A program made the position numbers and the translations under genes. The notes beneath the pieces were generated by a model that saw nothing but the letters and a program-made list of their open reading frames with translations, was not told the origin of the DNA and did not search any database. A DNA stretch of 64,000 nucleotides from Candidatus Binatia bacterium. GTDB taxonomy: Bacteria > Desulfobacterota > Binatia > Bin18. This document shows, one piece after another, positions 58,686 through 64,000 of this stretch (positions within the stretch are counted from its first letter, which is position 1; each line of letters opens with the position of its first letter). Location: NCBI GenBank assembly GCA_963664395.2, contig OY761159.2:3392001-3456000 (forward strand). The letters are read 5' to 3'.

Positions 58686-60632
58686 TCAGCCCCGGACCGC
58701 CGCCCGGAGGGCTGCGCGTCCCTTGTCCGACAAGGAGAGACGACGCTCCCATATGCCGTGGCTTTGCACCTGGCCAATGCGTTCCAGGCGACTGACGACC
58801 ACGCCGAGGGCCGAGGCATTCGCCTCAAGCGCTCCTCCCAAGGTGCGTAGCGTCTGCGGGCCGCTCTCAATCTGCCTGAGGACCTGGAGTCCAAGGGCGT
58901 GGACTGAAGAGGGCGGCGGGGTAGATTCTCCAGATTCTTCACTATCTCCACGATCCTCCACCCGTTGCTCTCCTTGGGGAGTAATCCTAAGGGTGAAAAA
59001 GTCCGGGCCTGATTGAGCCTGACGCCGGACCAGGCCAGCGGCTATCAGTTCATTAACCAGGTGGTTCCCGTGCGCGGCGTCCATTCCAAGAAAATCGGTC
59101 AGCTCAACCATCTGTCCATAGCCTTGGTGAAGCAGGTCCAGGAACTGTTCATGCTCGGCGGTGAGGGGGGAGGGTTCCTGGTCAACTCCTACGCGCCCGT
59201 CCCGTTGGTTTACCGGCCGTGAAGTTGCCAGTGAGATCAGAACGATCAAAGGCAGGGTGACGAAGGTTCCGATAAGAACCGTATGCGTTGACCAGGCGGT
59301 CACGCCCGTCAGCTGTAAGCCCTCGTATACGAGCATGACCAGCATCCCGATGAGCGTCCCCCAAAACGCGCCCGCGGCGGTTATCCGCGACCAGCGGTGC
59401 CCGAGTAAAAAGATCAGAGCCGCCGGCCCCAGCATCGCGCAGCTGATGGCCAGCAGAAAATAGGGCCCGCCGGGGTAAAAACTTAACAGCCAAATGCCGC
59501 CGCCGGTGACGACGGTGAGAAGCCGGCTGATACGCAAGACCTGCTCGCGGGTTGCCTCCGGATGCAGAAAGCGTTGATACAGGTCACGCACCAGGGTCGA
59601 GGTAATCCCCAGGTGGGCGTTGCTGGTGGTTGAGATGGTGGCCGCCAAGGCCGCCACCAAGCCGAAGAGCGCCACCCCCGGGGGGAGGTCGCGCATCAGC
59701 ATGCCATACGCACTCATGGGGTTGGCCCCACCGAGAAAGGCTGTGCGGTACACACTCCCCGCGTACAATCCGAGCATGCCCAACGCACCGTGGACTATCA
59801 GGACGACGACGGCCCCACCAATCAGATATTGCCAGCGCGCGACAAACTCGGTACGGGCCGCCGCGGCGCGCAGCCAGTAGTAGTTGCCACCCCACTGAAT
59901 AAACATGCCCACCACCAGGGAGACGGTGATAATGCTGGGATAGCTCAGGCGTAACCACGGAAACGTGCCGGCCGTTCCCTGGGTCAACGGAGCCGAGGAA
60001 ACAAACTGGGCCTGGATCATGTCCCAGCCACCAAACGTCCACGCACAGTAGCCGACTAGGGCCGGCAGCAGGATGAAGCCCAGAATAACCTGCACGACAT
60101 CGGTCAGGGTCAATGCCCACAGGCCGCCGAGGAGGAGAAACATGAGGTGGCCGCCGAGAATCAGCGTCACCATCAGCCACAGCGGAGCGTCAAGAAAGCC
60201 GATCATAATCAGCGCCATGGCAATGACATTCATGGCGACCAGGCCGGTCACACCGAGGAGGGTGGCAATGCTGACCACCAAGCGGGTCCGGGCATCAAAG
60301 CGCATTTCCAACCACTCCGGCAGGGTGTAGGCACCGGAGCGACGGATATACGGACAGGCCAGCAGGCCGTATATCCAATAACCAACGACCGCCGGCAGGC
60401 TAATGCCCCACACCCAGCCAAAAAAGCCGTACTGAATGGTCAGGCCCGGGATAATGCTGGTGACACTGCCGGCAAACGCGATCCCACAAATCCCGGCAAT
60501 ACCGGGGAGCAGACTGACCTGACGGCCGGCAAGCAGATAATCGGCATCGGTCGAAACCCAGCGTTTGGCATACCAGCCCAGAGACCAGAGAATAGCGATC
60601 AGGATGAGAACGGACAGGCCGGAGATAAGCAC
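58686..60632 (-). CDS. Sodium:solute symporter family protein with two C-terminal winged-helix domains
   Basis: DYLLAGR, YTLPEWLEMRF, GGLWALTLTDVVQ, AATISTT, RDLY; tail contains two MarR-like repeats. Confidence 0.85.
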   Translation of the reverse strand: MLISGLSVLILIAILWSLGWYAKRWVSTDADYLLAGRQVSLLPGIAGICGIAFAGSVTSIIPGLTIQYGFFGWVWGISLPAVVGYWIYGLLACPYIRRSGAYTLPEWLEMRFDARTRLVVSIATLLGVTGLVAMNVIAMALIMIGFLDAPLWLMVTLILGGHLMFLLLGGLWALTLTDVVQVILGFILLPALVGYCAWTFGGWDMIQAQFVSSAPLTQGTAGTFPWLRLSYPSIITVSLVVGMFIQWGGNYYWLRAAAARTEFVARWQYLIGGAVVVLIVHGALGMLGLYAGSVYRTAFLGGANPMSAYGMLMRDLPPGVALFGLVAALAATISTTSNAHLGITSTLVRDLYQRFLHPEATREQVLRISRLLTVVTGGGIWLLSFYPGGPYFLLAISCAMLGPAALIFLLGHRWSRITAAGAFWGTLIGMLVMLVYEGLQLTGVTAWSTHTVLIGTFVTLPLIVLISLATSRPVNQRDGRVGVDQEPSPLTAEHEQFLDLLHQGYGQMVELTDFLGMDAAHGNHLVNELIAAGLVRRQAQSGPDFFTLRITPQGEQRVEDRGDSEESGESTPPPSSVHALGLQVLRQIESGPQTLRTLGGALEANASALGVVVSRLERIGQVQSHGIWERRLSLSDKGRAALRAAVRG

Positions 60633-60813
60633 GGACTTCCTTGCCCCCTTGCTTCTTCAATAAGCGTTCCGTGTCCTGATAGCGTAAGCAAGCCGGAGGA
60701 CACAAGGCGTACCGGATTCGATGCGCTTCGACTCACCTGAAAATTTTGCGCGTTGGGTTGCATAATTGCTACTGACCAAATACTGAGGCTTTGAATCAAA
60801 AAAGGAGAAACGC

Positions 60814-61872
60814 ATGACCCAATATGTCTACGCTGGTGCGTCGCAGTTTTCCAGGAACGGCCACACCGCTCCACTCAGCGGCCTGTGTCGTCAAAGAGTC
60901 GGGGAGGCGGAGTGGCAGATTTTGAGCCAGGGCCTCCCGGAGCAGGCTGAGATTCGGGCCATTCTTATCCACCCTGATAATCCGCAGCTGCTATATGTCG
61001 GCACCCAGCAGGGGCCGTACCGCAGTACGGATGGCGGGGCGCACTGGGAGCGGCTGGATTTTCCGGACGCCGGGATGGCCGTATGGTCGTTGCTGTTTCG
61101 CCCAAATGATCCGCAGGTCCTGTATTGCGGCACCGCCCCTGCTGCCATCTATCGGAGTGACAACGGCGGCGACACCTGGAAACGCCTGACCCTTGCCGAG
61201 CCTGCCGGCATGGTTGAAATGGGTTTTCCGTGCCGTATCATCGACCTTGCAGCTGATCCCAACAATCCGGATGCGCTGTATGCCGGCCTGGAGGTCGGCG
61301 GAGTCATCCGCAGCGGAGACGGCGGCGACACCTGGGAGGACTGTACCAAAGCACTGCTCCAGTTTGCCGAGCAGGATTATTTGAAGAGTCGTATTTTGAG
61401 TAATACCGATGCCGAAGGCATGATGGACACGCATGCCGTGGCGCTGAGCGCGGCTCAGCCGGGCACCGTCTTTCTCGCTACACGCATGGGTCTCTTCCAA
61501 AGCCCGGACCAGGGCCAGACCTGGGCTGATATGGAAATCTGGCGCTCTTCGCCGTTGACGTATACGCGCGATATCCAGGTCGCCCCCAGTGACCCCAACA
61601 CGCTCTACGCCGCCCTGAGTCCGGGGGCGCTCAGCTTGAACGGCTCTGTCTATCGCAGCCCGGACCTGGGTCAGACCTGGCAGCGCTTTGCTCAGGGCAT
61701 CACCGCCCGGAGTACGATGATGACCGTTGCTCTCAGCCGCCAGGACCCGCAGCTCGCGTACTGTGGCACACGGGAAGGCCAGGTGTTCGGCACCCAGGAC
61801 GGCGGGACGACCTGGGGCGAGTCTGCGCTGCCGGACGGATGCCAGAACGTCTATACCTTGGCATGCGGATAA
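60814..61872 (+). CDS. BNR/Asp-box beta-propeller protein
   Basis: Repeated RSxDGGxTW boxes; AAGGAG RBS; no signal peptide. Confidence 0.88.
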   Translation: MTQYVYAGASQFSRNGHTAPLSGLCRQRVGEAEWQILSQGLPEQAEIRAILIHPDNPQLLYVGTQQGPYRSTDGGAHWERLDFPDAGMAVWSLLFRPNDPQVLYCGTAPAAIYRSDNGGDTWKRLTLAEPAGMVEMGFPCRIIDLAADPNNPDALYAGLEVGGVIRSGDGGDTWEDCTKALLQFAEQDYLKSRILSNTDAEGMMDTHAVALSAAQPGTVFLATRMGLFQSPDQGQTWADMEIWRSSPLTYTRDIQVAPSDPNTLYAALSPGALSLNGSVYRSPDLGQTWQRFAQGITARSTMMTVALSRQDPQLAYCGTREGQVFGTQDGGTTWGESALPDGCQNVYTLACG

Positions 61873-61917
61873 AAGCCGCTGGGCAGGGATTGAAGAATAG
61901 AATACCTACCAAACGTA

Positions 61918-62159
61918 GGTAGTGTCTCACTTTGAAATTGCTTCTCCTCGCCGCTGATTGCCTGCCCATCTTTTTCGACGCCCTCGTCATTTTTTTTCAC
62001 TTCCTACTAATTTTGGTAGGGACAAGGGCGGCAAATTATGCACAGTATCCCTTTATCAGCGAGGCTAAAATTATCAGTGAGGCCAAAACACTGCGGCAGG
62101 CGGAGTCAAGGTCCGCCATACGAGAGCGAAAGCCAAAGGATTCAAACTGAGACACTACC
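61918..62159. mobile_element. MITE copy 3
   Basis: Same TIRs; 8-bp direct repeat caaacgta (61910-61917, 62160-62167). Confidence 0.9.
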
Positions 62160-62267
62160 CAAACGTACGGGAGTCGCGACCCGTGCGATGGCGAATAGGC
62201 GGAATCATCATTCCATCAATTGGAGCGTGGAGGCGATTCCGAAGTGACGGAAGCAGGACTCACGACA

Positions 62268-64000
62268 ATGCGGCAGCACGCAGGACGCGTACTGCTGGGA
62301 GCGATGCTGGCCTTAGTCGGGTCAAACGCTTCGGCCCAAACCCCGGCGGTAACGGTGTATTTCGGCGACTCCGCCTACTCTGTAAACGAAGGCGGCAGCG
62401 TGGCGGTGCAAGTCCAATTGAGCGCCGACCCCGAGCGCGCCCTGACCATTCCCCTGGAAGCGACACCCGGCGCCGCTATTGTGACCATCGCCGACAACGA
62501 CGATCCGGCGGTGACGGTCTCGTTTGGCTCGGCGACCTCCACCGTCACCGAAGGCTGGACCGTAGACGTGATGGTGACGCTGAGCGCCGACCCCGAGCGG
62601 ACCGTGACGATTCCAGTCGAGGCGTCGCCTGCTGCGTCCGGCGATTATTCGATACCCGGCAGTGTCACGTTTAATGCCGGCGAGACGCAAAAGCCCGTCA
62701 ATTTCGCCACGGTCGACGACACGGTGGTCGAAAACGCGGAGACGTTCACCTTATCTTTCGGCAGTGACCTGCCAGAGGGAGTCAGCGCGAGCGGTCAGAC
62801 CACCACCCAGGTGACTATTACGGACGACGACGCACCGGACCCCGGCGGGCTGGAGCTGAGCGCGCTCGCGGTGACCGATGGGGTGGGAAGCATGTACCCG
62901 GTCTTTAATCCCAGGACGTACCACTACGCCATACGTTGCCCGGATGCCACCACCTTACGCGTGACGGCAACCGCGGGAGACGCCTTGCACCAACTGACAC
63001 TGAACAATATCCCGGTACCGGGCATGGAACTGGACAAAAACGTCGTCGTGGACAGCGACCATGATATCGCAATCGAACTCAGCGGCGGCGGTGACTCGGT
63101 GACCTATATCGTGCACTGCATCCCCTCGAATTTTCCCAACATCAAGATCACCAAGAAGCAGGCTGGTGTGTCGGATGGCCTGATGTTCTTCACGCCTGCG
63201 CGGAATCTTGGCTCTCGAACTCCGGCCTTTCTGGCCATCATGGACAACAACGGCGTGCCCAGATTCGTCAGACCCTCCCCGGACAAGATTCCGCTGAACT
63301 TCCGCCGTCATGTCACCGACCTCGAGATCGACGGACGGCCCGTACACTATTCGGTCACGCACCGCCTCGGGTCGTCGTTTGACGGCGGGCACTCCCTGCT
63401 CGATGCCTCCTTCAACGTCATCGGGACCGTAGAAACGACGCACGCGGATCACACCGCCAGCCTGCATGATTTTCTGATCACCGAAGACGACACCTTCCTG
63501 TTTTTCTCCCACGGGACTGTGACCCGCGACGTTGGGGGGAATGAAAAAAGTACAGTCGAGAACGTTATTGAGGAGGTCTCGCCAACCGGAGAAGTATTGT
63601 GGAGTTGGAACTCCTGGGACCATCTGACGATCGATCCCGACTGTCTGGAGTATAGGTATGGCTTGAGATCGGACCCGCCCATTACTGCGCACATCAACGC
63701 CCTCACCTTGATCGACGGAGATGTTGTCGCGTCATCCAGGGGCTGCGCGCAAGTCGTGAGGATCAACCGGTCCGGGAAATCGGAGACGGATGACGGCACC
63801 GACCTCGTGTGGCAACTCGGCGGGACGGACCAGGACGCCGACGACCGCGCATTCCTGGCGATCAGCGGCGACGAGAGCGGCAGGAATGAATTTTGCCGGC
63901 AGCACCATGCAACGGAGACCGCTGCGGGGACGGTGGTGTTGTTCGACAACGGCGTGAACTGCCTGTCCGCGGAAATGGGCGAGCCCAATGGGCGGGAAAG
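62268..64000 (+). CDS. Exported Calx-beta + cadherin-like + arylsulfotransferase (ASST) domain protein, runs off the window
   Basis: Manual translation: signal peptide, two Calx-beta-like repeats (VTITDDD), LHDFLIT, WSWNSWDH, HINAL, VWQLGG, RQHH, LFDNG in one frame. Confidence 0.85.
   Translation, partial: MRQHAGRVLLGAMLALVGSNASAQTPAVTVYFGDSAYSVNEGGSVAVQVQLSADPERALTIPLEATPGAAIVTIADNDDPAVTVSFGSATSTVTEGWTVDVMVTLSADPERTVTIPVEASPAASGDYSIPGSVTFNAGETQKPVNFATVDDTVVENAETFTLSFGSDLPEGVSASGQTTTQVTITDDDAPDPGGLELSALAVTDGVGSMYPVFNPRTYHYAIRCPDATTLRVTATAGDALHQLTLNNIPVPGMELDKNVVVDSDHDIAIELSGGGDSVTYIVHCIPSNFPNIKITKKQAGVSDGLMFFTPARNLGSRTPAFLAIMDNNGVPRFVRPSPDKIPLNFRRHVTDLEIDGRPVHYSVTHRLGSSFDGGHSLLDASFNVIGTVETTHADHTASLHDFLITEDDTFLFFSHGTVTRDVGGNEKSTVENVIEEVSPTGEVLWSWNSWDHLTIDPDCLEYRYGLRSDPPITAHINALTLIDGDVVASSRGCAQVVRINRSGKSETDDGTDLVWQLGGTDQDADDRAFLAISGDESGRNEFCRQHHATETAAGTVVLFDNGVNCLSAEMGEPNGRE

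Overview
A GC-rich bacterial chromosomal window with no rRNA, tRNA, CRISPR array or intact transposase. The gene content (many LLM oxidoreductases, Rieske oxygenases, DUF1329/DUF1302, a Calx-beta/arylsulfotransferase surface protein, a matrixin) resembles Binatota/deltaproteobacterial sponge-type symbionts; this is inference only. Main blocks: hydantoinase B with a duplicated and rearranged 3' end; a DUF547/beta-barrel/GT-C glycosyltransferase group; a Fur-box operon (Com-like Zn ribbon, porin, FMN-binding protein, His-containing 4-TM protein, ApbE); a defence patch (SRA-HNH plus an AT-rich three-gene DUF3467-like / unknown / ART-like operon); two Rieske + NicX/M29-family catabolic clusters, one with a Mo-hydroxylase and tupABC; Fic and two orphan antitoxins; an IS1595-derived mosaic with microproteins; three copies of a MITE with 8-bp TSDs; hisS; and a sodium:solute symporter fused to two winged-helix domains. 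The best candidates for undescribed systems are the three-gene operon (14056-15478), the Fur-controlled flavinylation/porin operon (7162-11140) and the symporter-wHTH fusion (58686-60632). All family calls come from motif recognition by eye, not database searches.
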